DNA of 63,899 nucleotides, counting the filler, from Octopus bimaculoides (lineage: Eukaryota), in the NCBI RefSeq assembly GCF_001194135.2. It is 5 parts of 4 records of this genome, joined end to end, with 100 filler letters (N's around TTAATTAATTAA, not from the genome) between each part and the next. Parts side by side here need not be neighbours in the genome. Positions count along the whole stretch, not along the records: positions 47,313 to 61,502 come from NC_068991.1; positions 61,603 to 63,899 come from NW_026356852.1; 3 more parts are not named here. The stretch is one strand, 5' to 3'. Positions 50,930 to 63,412 of this stretch are shown one piece after another. The first letter of the stretch is position 1. Each line of letters starts with the position of its first letter. The translations under genes and the position numbers were made by a program. Under the pieces are notes generated by a model. That model was not told the origin of the DNA, made no database searches, and saw only the letters and a program-made list of their open reading frames with translations.

Positions 50930-52465
50930 AAAGTTTTTTTGTGTCTCCTCCTTCGGGTTTTCCTCGAGGAGATCACTGTACAGTTTTTTCGCCAGATATT
51001 TTTGGCATTTGCCAACTGCCTTGGGAAAAATGGATTTTAGTGTGTGGTGCAGGGTTGGTGTTATGTGTAGTATTTTGATGTGTTCTGGCGGTGTTGTGTA
51101 CGGGTGGTTGTTGGTTTTTATGTCGTCGTTTATGTTTGTTTTTGTGTTGATGTATTCCATCAACTCTGAGTTTTTTGTGTTGATGGCAGTGAGCATTGTG
51201 TGTGTGTTTACTTTTGGGGTTTAGTTGCTCGTGTTGTTGTGTGTGCTTGTGTTGGTGTCTGGAGTGTTTTCAGAAGTTGGCTATTTCCCTGCATTGTTGG
51301 TGTTTGCTTTTCTTTTTTTTACTCCACTTCGTCCTTCCTTTTCTGGCTATTTGCCATTCCTCATTACTTTCGTCTTCCGACGAGAGTTCCGAGGAATCGG
51401 AAGGGGGTAAGGGCAAATTGTGAGCGTCTGTGTGTGTTTCTGTGAGTGGTTGTGTTGCTGGTTTTGTTGGTGTTGGCTGCTTGTTATTTGTGTGAGCTGT
51501 ATATGATATGTAGGAGGGGGAAACAGTCTTCGAATTTTCTTTTTTTTCTTCTGTTTCTTCACTTGTTGTTCTTGCAGTTGTTGTTGTCTTCTCAGTTGTT
51601 GGTGCTGCTGGTATTCTTCTTGTTGCTTTGTGAGTTGATGGTGGTGTTGGTAGTAGGAGTTTTGTCGTGGATTTTGGTAGTTGCTCTTGTTGTTTTTGGT
51701 TCGCGGCAGTTGGGCAATTCTTTTTGAGGTGTGCTTCGCTGTTGCATGTTTAACAGCGTGGCCGCCTTCCTTCCACCACTACATACTACTTGTGGTCCTC
51801 TGCCAGTTTGATATATGTGGTAATTTTTTGGGACTCCTCTTCAATGATGTGGAGGAAGACTTCGAGGTTTTTCCCTTCCCAGTTTGTTTTCTCTACAACA
51901 ACAATTTCCAGCTTATTTGCTTCCTCCATTTCGAGGCATATGACAGATACTATCCATTGCATCTCTACTTCTGAAGGCACTTTTTTTATTGTCACCTTCG
52001 TCACTCTCTGTCCAAGATAACTCGGTATCATCACCAAGTCATCCGTGTGGAGAGAGAGTGTCGAAAATTGCTTCGCTATATTTTCACTCTGGGAGCGCAC
52101 TTCAACAGTGGCGAAATTACGCCCCCGAGTAACATGTTTTTGATGAGCCCATACAGGGCGAAAGCATTTTTCGATTTTTCGGTGGTAAAGTTATCCGTGG
52201 TGTCAGTGTTGACGGCCGATGACCTTGCGTTCTTGGTTTTGTTATTGTTGCTGTTGATGTTGTCACTGGTGGTGGTGGCAGGCGAGACTGCTGTAGCAGC
52301 AGAGTTTTTGGACGTGATGGTGGCGGTGGTGGTTGAGGCAGCAGCAGTAGACCCAGAGGCATTGCTTTTCTCCACCTCCTGTCTGCGTTCATGCGGGACG
52401 GCATTAGATTCTTTCGCCTCTGGCATTAGGGGCGGGAAATCGGCCTCGTTGAATACCTTAGCCAT
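50930..52465 (-). mobile_element. Tx1/L1-type LINE ORF1 remnant, copy A (no ORF2)
   Basis: MAKVFNEADFPPL start; RRM-like region (GRNFATV...PSYLGQRVTKVTI); VVVEGRRPRC*TCNSEAHLKKNCP (CCHC knuckle, 51714-51755); stops and frameshifts. Confidence 0.75.
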
Positions 52466-53249
52466 ATTCGTTTTACAGAATATGGCTAGGATCGTGGAAA
52501 ATTTTTTCAAACTTTTGGAAATAAAGCTATTTGGAAATAGAGCTATTCCCGTTTAGAAAAATATATGGTCTAAAAAATATTTTGTGTTATATACAACTTG
52601 TACAAATGATAAAATACAAAATTAGACTTTTTACAGATGAACAAAGCAACTTACATGGGAGCCGATGTGTCTAGCGTCAGATAGATAGATAGATAGATAG
52701 ATAGATACATACATACATATATTTATACATACATACATATATTTATACATACATACATACATACATACATACATACATACATACATACATACTGTTATAT
52801 CCGCATAGATAGATGAATGCACTACAACAGTGTAATAGCAACCAATGTAATCGAAATTGATTTCGCCGACTGTAACTCAATTAGTTGTTGATGCCTTTGC
52901 TGTTGTTGTTGTTTTGCAACTCCTGTTGTTATTCCTCTTACTTCTCTTGAAGCTGTACGACGCCAGGGGGCGTCGTACTCTCGCACAGCACATGCATACA
53001 TACATACATACATAGTTTGCTGTTCTGTAAAGTTAAGATAAGCCGTAAATGTATTGCATTCATTGAGAGATTTAATGTACATTGAATCTTATAAAGAGCT
53101 ATTAATATTTTGATGCCAGTAAGAAATGTGGCTACGCTGGCTTTAAGAACATACCTTCAATCTCCAAGCAATCTCAGCCTCTGAGCTTATGGCTTGTTTT
53201 ATATAAAAATCAAGACTATGGTGCATGGAAAACCAACAGAAAGAAATGG

Positions 53250-54070
53250 GATAGTTGATGTAAAAAATTGAATGAGGAAAAAATGAATAAAAACGGAAAA
53301 GGTAAGAAAAGGGTGATATTATGAAAGTTATGTTCCCTTCAGCTATGAAAATCATAATTAATGGTCAATTTCCTTACTTTTGTAAATCAATTAAGAATGT
53401 CGGAAGTCCGAAGGACACTACTGGCCTCTAATATATATGTAAATAGCTATTCTGGTATATTGCTCAATGGTAGGTATATATGATACAGACGAATTCTGGA
53501 GCGAAATAAAGGGCATTCAGATACAAATGCATAAATTCCTTTCGAAAATATGCATATTAGAAGCATGTTAGAAATTATATAGATAATGATTATAAGTATA
53601 ATAGAAAATAAAAATACAGATAAGTCAACCCACAGCATACACTATATACATAGATCATCTAATTATCCTTCATCTATTATAGGTAATCTAATTAGAAATA
53701 TTTCCCCTGGGATTTTTTAATTGTCGGTTAACAAACAAATAGTAAACTATAACGCTGTTTCATACAATGCGACAACGAAAAGAATTGAGTATCATGGATA
53801 ATATTAAGTTCATTCATCTAGAGGAAAAATTAGTATTCTTTATAGACAAAGAAATGGTAATAATAATTCATACAATCTTTTTATTCAAATCCGATAAAGC
53901 AAAACATTCTATGTAAATTAAAATTTGATTTACGGATTACCAAAATTCAAGTTACGACTGATAGTTATATCTATAAATTCATAACTGAATAGGAAAATAG
54001 CAAAATTAGAAGCCTAGATAATTATCAACGAGTAGGTTGATAAAAAACAGAACTTCATGTAAAGCTAACA
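53250..54070 (+). pseudogene. Decayed Penelope-like RT C-terminal region
   Basis: YIHRSSNYPSSIIGNLIRNIS...LSVN..I....A..YN (about 53640-53780) aligns with YISLSSNH..I.KNLVKNIS..LS.N..I...KA..YN at about 40265-40400. Confidence 0.6.
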
Positions 54071-54429
54071 NNNNNNNNNNNNNNNNNNNNNNNNNNNNNN
54101 NNNNNNNNNNNNNNNNNNNNNNNNNNNNNNNNNNNNNNNNNNNNNNNNNNNNNNNNNNNNNNNNNNNNNNAATAACATCAGGTGTATGTCCGTGTGTGTG
54201 TGTGTAATAACATCAGGTGTATGTCCGTGTGTGTGTGTGTGTGTGTGTGTGTGGTTTGGATGTTTATCTGTTAGTGTGTGTGTTTGTGTCGCTTAACGTT
54301 GTAGAAGGAATTAGTAGCAGGAATTATTTGGGATTGGTTGTGGACGATGGTCAGTAGAAAAGTGAGCAAGCAGTTTTTAAGTATGTGTGTGTGTGCGTGT
54401 ATGTGTATGTTGTGTGAGTGTGTTTTTCT

Positions 54430-55760
54430 TGCAGTGTGTGCCTGTATCTGTGAGTGCGTGTATGTGTTAGTGTTTGTTGTGTGTGTATGTGAGTTATGTG
54501 TGAGTTCATTTGCGTGTGTGTCCATGTATGTATACTTGGGGGGGGGTGTATGAGTGTGTGTGGTGTGTGTTGGAGTTATGTGTGGGTTCATTTGCGTATG
54601 TGTGTATGTGAGTTCGTTTGCACATGTGTGTGTATGTGTCTTTTGTGTGTGTGCATATGTATGTGTGTGTGCGTGTGATGTGTAGACGGGGGGTTGTGTG
54701 TGGAGATATATGTGCGTTTTTTCGCGCCTATGCACGTGTGTGTGCATGTGTATGTGCGTGTATGTGTGCGTGTGTTCGTGTGTGTGTGCGTGTGCATGTG
54801 TGTGTGCGTGCGTGTGTGTGTATGTGTGTCTGCATGTTTGTGTCTGTATGTGTGTGTTTGTGAGCGTGTGTGTATATTTTTGTGCGTGTGTATGTATGTG
54901 TATATTGTGTATATTTTGTGCATGCGTGTGTTTGTGTGTATGTGTGTGTATGTTGTGTATATGTGGGTTCCTGTGTATGTGTGTGTGCGTGCGTTTGCTT
55001 ACGTACGTGCGTACGTGTGCGTGTGTTGTTTATGCCCATGTGTGTGTAATTGTGTGCGTGTCTGTGTGAGTGTGTGTTGTGTATGTGGGAGGTATGGGTG
55101 CGTACGTGTACGATTGTCTGTGTGTATGTGTATGCGTGTGTGTATAAGTGTGCGTGTGTGTATGCGCGTGTGTGTATGTGCGTGTGTATATGTGTGTGTG
55201 CGTGTGTATATGTGTGTGTGCGTGTGTATATGTGTATGTGTGAGATGTGTGTCAAGTATGTGTGCGTTTTATTGCGTGTATGCGCTTCTGTGTGTGTGTG
55301 CATATGTATGTGGCTGTGTGTGTATGTGTATGTAGTTGTGTGTAAGCGTGTGCGTTCATGTGTGCGCGTATATATGGGTGTGTGTGTCTCTGTGTGTGTA
55401 GGGTTGTGAGTAGGTGTGTATGCATCACTGTGCGTGTGTATGTGTGTATATATGTGTGTGTTCGTCTATATGTGTGTATGAGCGCACATGTATGTTTGTC
55501 ATGCGTGTTGTCAGGTGTGTTGGCGGTATATATGTCAGGTGTGTGGGAGGTATATGTGAATGGGAGGTATGTATGGGTTGTCAGGTGTGTGGGAGGTATA
55601 TGTGAATGAGGGTATATATGAGTTATGTGTGCATGGGTGTGTGTGTATGCATATGTATGCATGTGTCTTTGCGTGTGTGTGTGTGTGCACAAGTGTGCGT
55701 GTGTATGTGCGTTTATATATGTGTGTGGATGAATCTGAGCGTGCAAGTGCATGCGTGTGT
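54430..55760. repeat. Degenerate (GT)-rich satellite with internal GTCAGGTGTGTGGGAGGTATATGTGAATG units
   Basis: Seen directly. Confidence 0.9.
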
Positions 55761-56057
55761 TTCACTACAAAAATTGGAACGAGTATAGAGTAGCTATGAA
55801 ATAAAAAGATGATACACGAAAAACGGTGATTATGTTATGAACTATAATCCTCCTTTTTGGGAAATATTGCAGCCTGTTGTTTATATTAATTATGTGTGTG
55901 TGTGCCTGTGTGTATGTATTCCTATATATGTTTATACATGTATAAACATATACATAACTATATGTTTATAAGTATGTATGCATGTATGTATATATATATA
56001 TACATATATATGTAATGTTAAATCTCTGAACGAGGTATAAACAGTAACTGCACGACC

Positions 56058-56176
56058 ACGTGAAGTATATTTGCCACTTAAATGCGGCTAAACCCTAAGG
56101 GTGAATGTTAGTGTTGCTTTTAGTAACATTCAACCTTAGGGTTCAGCCGCATTTATGTGGCAAATATACTTCACGT
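56058..56176. repeat. Palindromic MITE-like element
   Basis: 53-bp arms (50/53 match) with a 13-nt loop. Confidence 0.85.
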
Positions 56177-57479
56177 ATATATATATATANNNNNNNNNNN
56201 NNNNNNNNNNNNNNNNNNNNNNNNNNNNNNNNNNNNNNNNNNNNNNNNNNNNNNNNNNNNNNNNNNNNNNNNNNNNNNNNNNNNNNNNNNNNNNNNNNNN
56301 NNNNNNNNNNNNNNNNNNNNNNNNNNNNNNNNNNNNNNNNNNNNNNNNNNNNNNNNNNNNNNNNNNNNNNNNNNNNNNNNNNNNNNNNNNNNNNNNNNNN
56401 NNNNNNNNNNNNNNNNNNNNNNNNNNNNNNNNNNNNNNNNNNNNNNNNNNNNNNNNNNNNNNNNNNNNNNNNNNNNNNNNNNNNNNNNNNNNNNNNNNNN
56501 NNNNNNNNNNNNNNNNNNNNNNNNNNNNNNNNNNNNNNNNNNNNNNNNNNNNNNNNNNNNNNNNNNNNNNNNNNNNNNNNNNNNNNNNNNNNNNNNNNNN
56601 NNNNNNNNNNNNNNNNNNNNNNNNNNNNNNNNNNNNNNNNNNNNNNNNNNNNNNNNNNNNNNNNNNNNNNNNNNNNNNNNNNNNNNNNNNNNNNNNNNNN
56701 NNNNNNNNNNNNNNNNNNNNNNNNNNNNNNNNNNNNNNNNNNNNNNNNNNNNNNNNNNNNNNNNNNNNNNNNNNNNNNNNNNNNNNNNNNNNNNNNNNNN
56801 NNNNNNNNNNNNNNNNNNNNNNNNNNNNNNNNNNNNNNNNNNNNNNNNNNNNNNNNNNNNNNNNNNNNNNNNNNNNNNNNNNNNNNNNNNNNNNNNNNNN
56901 NNNNNNNNNNNNNNNNNNNNNNNNNNNNNNATAACAGAGCATTGATTTGTTTTTTGCTTTTTGGGGGTGAGGCTTTAGAGACAATGGAAGATGTATAAGT
57001 AGATAGATAGATAGACAGGCAGATAGAGTGATAGAGAGATAGACGGATAGTCAGACAGATAGAGAGATGGATGTGGTAAAAGAGAGAGAGAAGGGCCATT
57101 GTATTGAAATGGTCTTTTTAAGGAGTGTCAAAAGAATATATATATATATAATACAGAGATAACACAGAAGAAACGATGGTTATGTTATGAATTTCATTGT
57201 CTTACACATATTTCTACTATAAGATACAGAGGACTCGAACTTGAGTGACTGAATAATATCCTATAGCTTAATCAGTGCCTACATTTGTAATTGATATTTT
57301 CCCAAATATATTTTACTTTATATTTGAGGCTCCGATTAAGCCATAGGATGTTATTCAGCCACTCAACTCCAAGTCCACTGCATCTTATAGTAGGAAAGAG
57401 CTGTAAGGTAATGAAGATCATAACAGAAGCATCGTTTGTCCTATGTGATTTCNNNNNNNNNNGAGAGAAATACATAAGA

Positions 57480-58655
57480 GCCAACTTAACCGTAAGACAT
57501 TTTAACCGAATGTGATAACTGTGGGTAGAGAAGATTGCTACCTATCTTATTTGAAAAAACCGTTGGAGGTTGCAACGCTACGAGGCAGTACGTTGGACAA
57601 GGAGGGAAGAAAAGAAGGAAAAGGAGAAATTTAGAATTTCGAAAGGGAAGTCAATAAAATGATTTAAAACCCGATTAAAAGTGGGAGAAGAGTGTTTTAT
57701 GTATAATGGGACCGCAAAGGGGATTAATCTTGTATTTATACATGTAGTATTGACATAAATGCATATATATGGTAATGAAGATTAAAGCAATGCTATATGT
57801 ATAGGAAAATTATGCTTGTATGAACTAGTAAGATATTAAGTGTATGACAATTTATAAATGTGGTGGATGGTCTGTTAATCTAAAGAGAGAGATTGTGTTG
57901 TTAAGTGAAATGGAAATCAGAGGGGGCAAAAAAAGGGGGGTTAATGGAATAAAAATTACTTGTTTAAACTAAGTTATTATTATTACCAAAGTTTACTTCG
58001 ATAATCACGCTCTATATTTGTTGATGCAAGAGTTTTCCAGTAGATAAAATAAAATTTTGTGTGGTGCTGTATTTTATACGTAATAAAGCAGGAAGAAGAA
58101 AATATGTATATGTTATGAATTCATCTTACGATAAACGTAAACGAACGAACTAAGGTTGCTTTCAGAATCTTAGATATGTCTAACAAGTTTAAAGAAGACA
58201 ATTAAAATTCTCAGATGCAGAATAATGCCACTAACATAGCCTAAACAGGATAAATAACTCCTATCTTTGCTGAAGAAAGTGAAGGCAACAAGTGAAGGAG
58301 ATGGAGTTAAGAAGGAGCAATGAAATCAAAGGTATAAGGTTATTGGAGTACAACGTATTGAACATAGTTGGAAGTAATGTTTATGTTAAGTTAAACTGAA
58401 AGTAATGTTTAAGTTCATGTTTATAGACGTGCTGGGTGTCCTAATTTGGGTTCAAAAGATAGAAAGTGTTCAGATAAGATATATCAAGCGATACAAGCCA
58501 ATTATACCCTTATACATATAAAGGTATAATTAACTTGTATGGGTTATTTATATGAAGAAAACACATGAGCTTGCCAATGTTTACATCTGCATACAACCAA
58601 ATCTTGAGCATAATCCTGATGTGAGTGTTTAAGTTCTAAAGATAGGAACAGTGAG
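57480..58655 (-). mobile_element. Penelope-like 3' end (endonuclease C-terminus plus 3' region); paralogue at 50012-50900
   Basis: RCKHWQAHVFSSYK* at 58544-58588 vs RCKHWQNHTFSS* at 41306-41344. The reverse complement of about 57480-57600 resembles the 3' region at about 41530-41605 (GGTTTTTT.AAATA...CACAGT.ATCACATT). Confidence 0.65.
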
Positions 58656-58659
58656 TCAC

Positions 58660-60498
58660 TTACCGTTCGAAAGTTTTTTGTGTCTCCTCCTTCGGGCTTT
58701 CCTCGAGGAGATCACTGTACAGATTTTTCGCCAGATATTTTTGGCATTTGCCAATTGCTTTGGGAAAATGGATTTTAGTGTGTGGTGCAGGGTTGGTGTT
58801 ATGTGTAGTATTTTGATGTGTTCTGGCGGTGTTGTGTACGGGTGGTTGCTGGTTTTTATGTCGTCGTTTGTTATGTTTGTTTTTGTGTTGATGTATTCCA
58901 TCAACTCTGAGATTTTGTGTTGATGGCAGTGAGCATTGTGTGTGTGTTTACTTTTGGGGTTTTGTTGCTTGTGTTGTTGTTGTGTACGCCTGTGCTGGTG
59001 TCTGGAGTGTTTTCGGAAGTTGTCTAACTCCCTGCTTTGTTGGTGTTTGCTTTTCTTTTTTTTACTCCTCTTCCTCCTTTCTTTTCTGGCTATTTGCCAT
59101 TCCTCATTACTTTCGTCTTCCGACGAGAGTTCCGAGGAATCGGAAGGGGTAAGGGCAAATTCTGATCGTCTGTGTGTGTTTCTGTGAGTGGTTGTGTTGC
59201 TGTTTTTGTTGGTGCTGGCTGCTTGTTATTTGTGTGAGCTGTATGTGATATGTAGGAGTGGGAAACAGTATTTGAATTTTCTTTTTTTTTCTTCTGTTTC
59301 TTCACTTGTTGTTCTTGCAGTTGCTGTTGTCTTCTCAGTTGTTGATGATGCTGGTATTCCTCTTGTTGTTTTTGGTTCGCGGCAGTTGGGCAATTTTTTT
59401 TGAGGTATGCTTCGCTGTTACATGTTTAACAGCGTGGCCGCCTTCCTTCCACCACTACATACTAATTGTGGTCCTCTGCCAGTTTGATATATGTGGGAAT
59501 TTTTTGGGACTCCTCTTCAATGATGTGGAGGAGGACTTTGAGTTTTTCCCTTCCCAGTTTTTTCCTCTACAGCAGCAATTTCCAGTATATTTGCCTCCTC
59601 CATTTCGAGGCATATGGCAGATACTATCCATTGCATCTCTACTTCTGAAAGCACATTTTTTATTGTCACCTTCGTCACTCTCTGTCCAAGGTAACTCGGT
59701 ATCATCACCAAGTCAACCGTGTGGAGAGAAAGTGTCGAAAATTGCTTCGCTATATTTTCACTCTGGAAGCGCAGTTGAACAGTGGCGAAATTACGCCCCC
59801 AAGTAACATGCTCTTGATGAGCCCATACAAGGCGAAGGCACTTTTCGATTTTTTCGGTGATAAAATTATCCATACGCTTTATTTTGGTGTTGGTGAGTTT
59901 GTATGTGATGTATTTCTTGTTTGTGTTTTCAATTATTTGTTTGGGAATGTGTAATTGTACTTTATCACCTTCTTTCGTAAGAAGGGATTTCGTGTCTTTA
60001 ATTTGTTTTTTGGGTGAATGTTAATGTTGTTCAATTTTGCTTCATTGCTTCGCCAAAATTTATTTTAGTGGTGCTGGCAGACATGTTTTTTGTAAAGGTT
60101 GTAGCGTTGTTCATCTTGTTTTCGCCAGTTCCGGACGGCATTGCGACGATTTTGTTGTAGTTGTTGATGGTGGTGTTGACAGAGGTGTTAGTACTGCCAG
60201 GTTCAAAGGTGGTGGTAGTGGCAGCAGAGTTTGTTGAAATAGTGGTGGTGTCAGCGTTGAGAGCCGATGACCTTGCGTCCTTGGTTTTGTTTTTGTCACT
60301 GGTGGTGGCGGCAGGCGAGACTGCTGTAGCAGCAGAGTTTTTGGACGTGATGGTGGCGGTGGTGTTTGAGGCAGCAGTAGTAGACCCAGAGGCATTGCTT
60401 TTCTCCACCTCCTGTCTGCGTTCATGCGGGACGGCATTAGATTCCTTCGCCTCTGGCATTAGGGGCGGGAAATCGGCCTCGTTGAATACCTTAGCCAT
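58660..60498 (-). mobile_element. Tx1/L1-type LINE ORF1 remnant, copy B (no ORF2)
   Basis: Paralogue of copy A with an extra segment of about 370 bp (59872-60244); ends EETQKTFER* at 58660-58662. Confidence 0.75.
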
Positions 60499-60706
60499 AT
60501 TCGTTTTACAGAATATGGCTAGGATCGTGGAAAATGTTTTCAAACTTTTGGAAATAAAGCTCTAAATAGAGCTATTTCTGATTAGAAAAATATATGGTCT
60601 CAAATTATTTTGTGTTATACACAACGTGTACAAATGATAAAATACAAAATTAGACTTTTTACAGATGAAAAAGGAAACTTACATGGGAGCCGATGTGTCT
60701 AGCGTC

Positions 60707-60759
<53 letters not shown>

Positions 60760-61602
60760 TACACATACATGCATACATTCATACATACATGCATACATAC
60801 ATACATACATACATACATACATACTGTTATATCCCTATAGATAGACGAATGCACTACAACAGTGTAATAGCAACCAATATAATCGAAATTGATTTCGCCG
60901 ACTGTAACTCAATTAGTTGTTGATTTCTTTGCTGTTGTTGTTGTTTTGCATTCATGTAGAGGAAAAATCAGTATTCTTCATAGACAAAGAAATAGTAATA
61001 ATAATTCATACAATCTTTTTAATCAAATCCGATAAAGGAAAACATTCTATGTAAATTAAAATTTGATTTACGGATTACCAATATTCAAGTCACAACTGAT
61101 AGTTATATCTATAAATTCATAACAACTGAATAGGAAAATAGCAAAATTAGAAGCCCAGATTATTATCAACGAGTAGGTTGATAAAAAACAGAACTTCGTG
61201 TAAAGCTAACACAAATAATAAATTCAGTAAATAATATAACAATAAAGAGGATGGAACCTAGGATTATATGCAAAAAGAAATCCGAATTTAACCTAGTTAA
61301 TTATTCTGTATATAAAATTGGAAAGGATGCAACTGTTCCTCATTGAATATATATAGTTCAGTATAACTTCAGATGATGATATGAAGTTAATGATACTGGA
61401 GGTAAAAGTAGTAAAATCATAGGAGAATGATTAACATTCTCTGATGATAACAAGGAATGTTTCCTCCATTTTTAGCTTATGAAGTATTTTTAAAGTGTAG
61501 ACNNNNNNNNNNNNNNNNNNNNNNNNNNNNNNNNNNNNNNNNNNNNTTAATTAATTAANNNNNNNNNNNNNNNNNNNNNNNNNNNNNNNNNNNNNNNNNN
61601 NN

Positions 61603-61683
61603 TCATCATCATGAATATCATCTTCGGTACAGCCACAACCACCATCACCCCCACCATCACTCCCCCACCCTATCATCATCACT

Positions 61684-61730
<47 letters not shown>

Positions 61731-61860
61731 CGTCATCATCATCATCATTCTCGTCGTCATCCTCGTTATCATCATCATCATCATCGTCGTCATCATCATC
61801 ATCATCATCATCATCATCGTCATCATCGTCATCATCATCATCTTTATCCTTATCTTCATC
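61603..61860. repeat. (ATC)n microsatellite followed by a CT-rich tract to about 62388
   Basis: Seen directly. Confidence 0.95.
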
Positions 61861-63365
61861 TTTTTTTATACTTTCTTCTCCTTAATCTGCTTCCACCTTT
61901 TTCTTTTTCACTTTCCTTCATATTTCTGCCTTATATTTTTTGTTGTTCTTCTTATTCTTTATCCAATTCTTCGCTTTCTCTCTCTCTCTTCTTTACGTTG
62001 TGTTACTCCACCGTACGATTGTGTGTCCTTCTTCTTTCCTTCTCTTCTCATTCCTTCTCGCCTCTTTCTTCTCCATTTTATTCCTTGTCTTCTGTCTGCA
62101 TCTTCATCTCTTTCAATTTCTTCCTCCTTTTCAGTTTCTCCTACTCCTTCAATTTCTTCTTCTCTTTCAAACCTTATTCGCTTTCTCTTTCCTCTACGCC
62201 GTCAATCACATAATTTTTTCTTTTTCAAATCCTCCCGCTTCTGTCTTTCTTTCGTTCTCTCTTTCTTTCATTCGTTCTCTCTCTCTTTCTTTCTTTCGTT
62301 TCCCCTCCCCTCGCCCCCCTCCTCCCCCATCCTCCCATTCTTTCTCATTCACTCACTAATCCTTTAGGTGTTCCTTTCATCCTCATCTNNNNNNNNNNNN
62401 NNNNNNNNNNNNNNNNNNNNNNNNNNNNNNNNNNNNNNNNNNNNNNNNNNNNNNNNNNNNNNNNNNNNNNNNNNNNNNNNNNNNNNNNNNNNNNNNNNNN
62501 NNNNNNNNNNNNNNNNNNNNNNNNNNNNNNNNNNNNNNNNNNNNNNNNNNNNNNNNNNNNNNNNNNNNNNNNNNNNNNNNNNNNNNNNNNNNNNNNNNNN
62601 NNNNNNNNNNNNNNNNNNNNNNNNNNNNNNNNNNNNNNNNNNNNNNNNNNNNNNNNNNNNNNNNNNNNNNNNNNNNNNNNNNNNNNNNNNNNNNNNNNNN
62701 NNNNNNNNNNNNNNNNNNNNNNNNNNNNNNNNNNNNNNNNNNNNNNNNNNNNNNNNNNNNNNNNNNNNNNNNNNNNNNNNNNNNNNNNNNNNNNNNNNNN
62801 NNNNNNNNNNNNNNNNNNNNNNNNNNNNNNNNNNNNNNNNNNNNNNNNNNNNNNNNNNNNNNNNNNNNNNNNNNNNNNNNNNNNNNNNNNNNNNNNNNNN
62901 NNNNNNNNNNNNNNNNNNNNNNNNNNNNNNNNNNNNNNNNNNNNNNNNNNNNNNNNNNNNNNNNNNNNNNNNNNNNNNNNNNNNNNNNNNNNNNNNNNNN
63001 NNNNNNNNNNNNNNNNNNNNNNNNNNNNNNNNNNNNNNNNNNNNNNNNNNNNNNNNNNNNNNNNNNNNNNNNNNNNNNNNNNNNNNNNNNNNNNNNNNNN
63101 NNNNNNNNNNNNNNNNNNNNNNNNNNNNNNNNNNNNNNNNNNNNNNNNNNNNNNNNNNNNNNNNNNNTATACATGTAACCACACACATGTATACCTACAC
63201 AAATACACATGTATGCACACACATATATACATATATATTCATACTTATATATGTATTTATATTTATGCATATTTATATGTATTTATGTTTATATATCTAC
63301 TTATCTATATATATATATATATGTGTGTATGTATTTGTGTGTGAGTGTGTGTATATAAACATACG

Positions 63366-63412
<47 letters not shown>

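Larger units (their letters stand above)
49646..61210. repeat. Tandem segmental duplication (about 49.6-54.07 kb vs 54.17-61.2 kb)
   Basis: Collinear blocks 49646-49900/54180-54430, 50012-52915/57795-60950 and 53813-54070/60951-61210, with large reciprocal indels. Confidence 0.9.

Noticed and set aside
54271-55793. Long Cys/Val and His/Thr ORFs (also at 45-341, 45506-46112, 61551-62367)
   Set aside because: Translations of (GT)n, (ATC)n and CT tracts.
56090-56145. CCCTAA/TTAGGG as telomeric sequence
   Set aside because: Single hexamers inside a palindrome, not an array.
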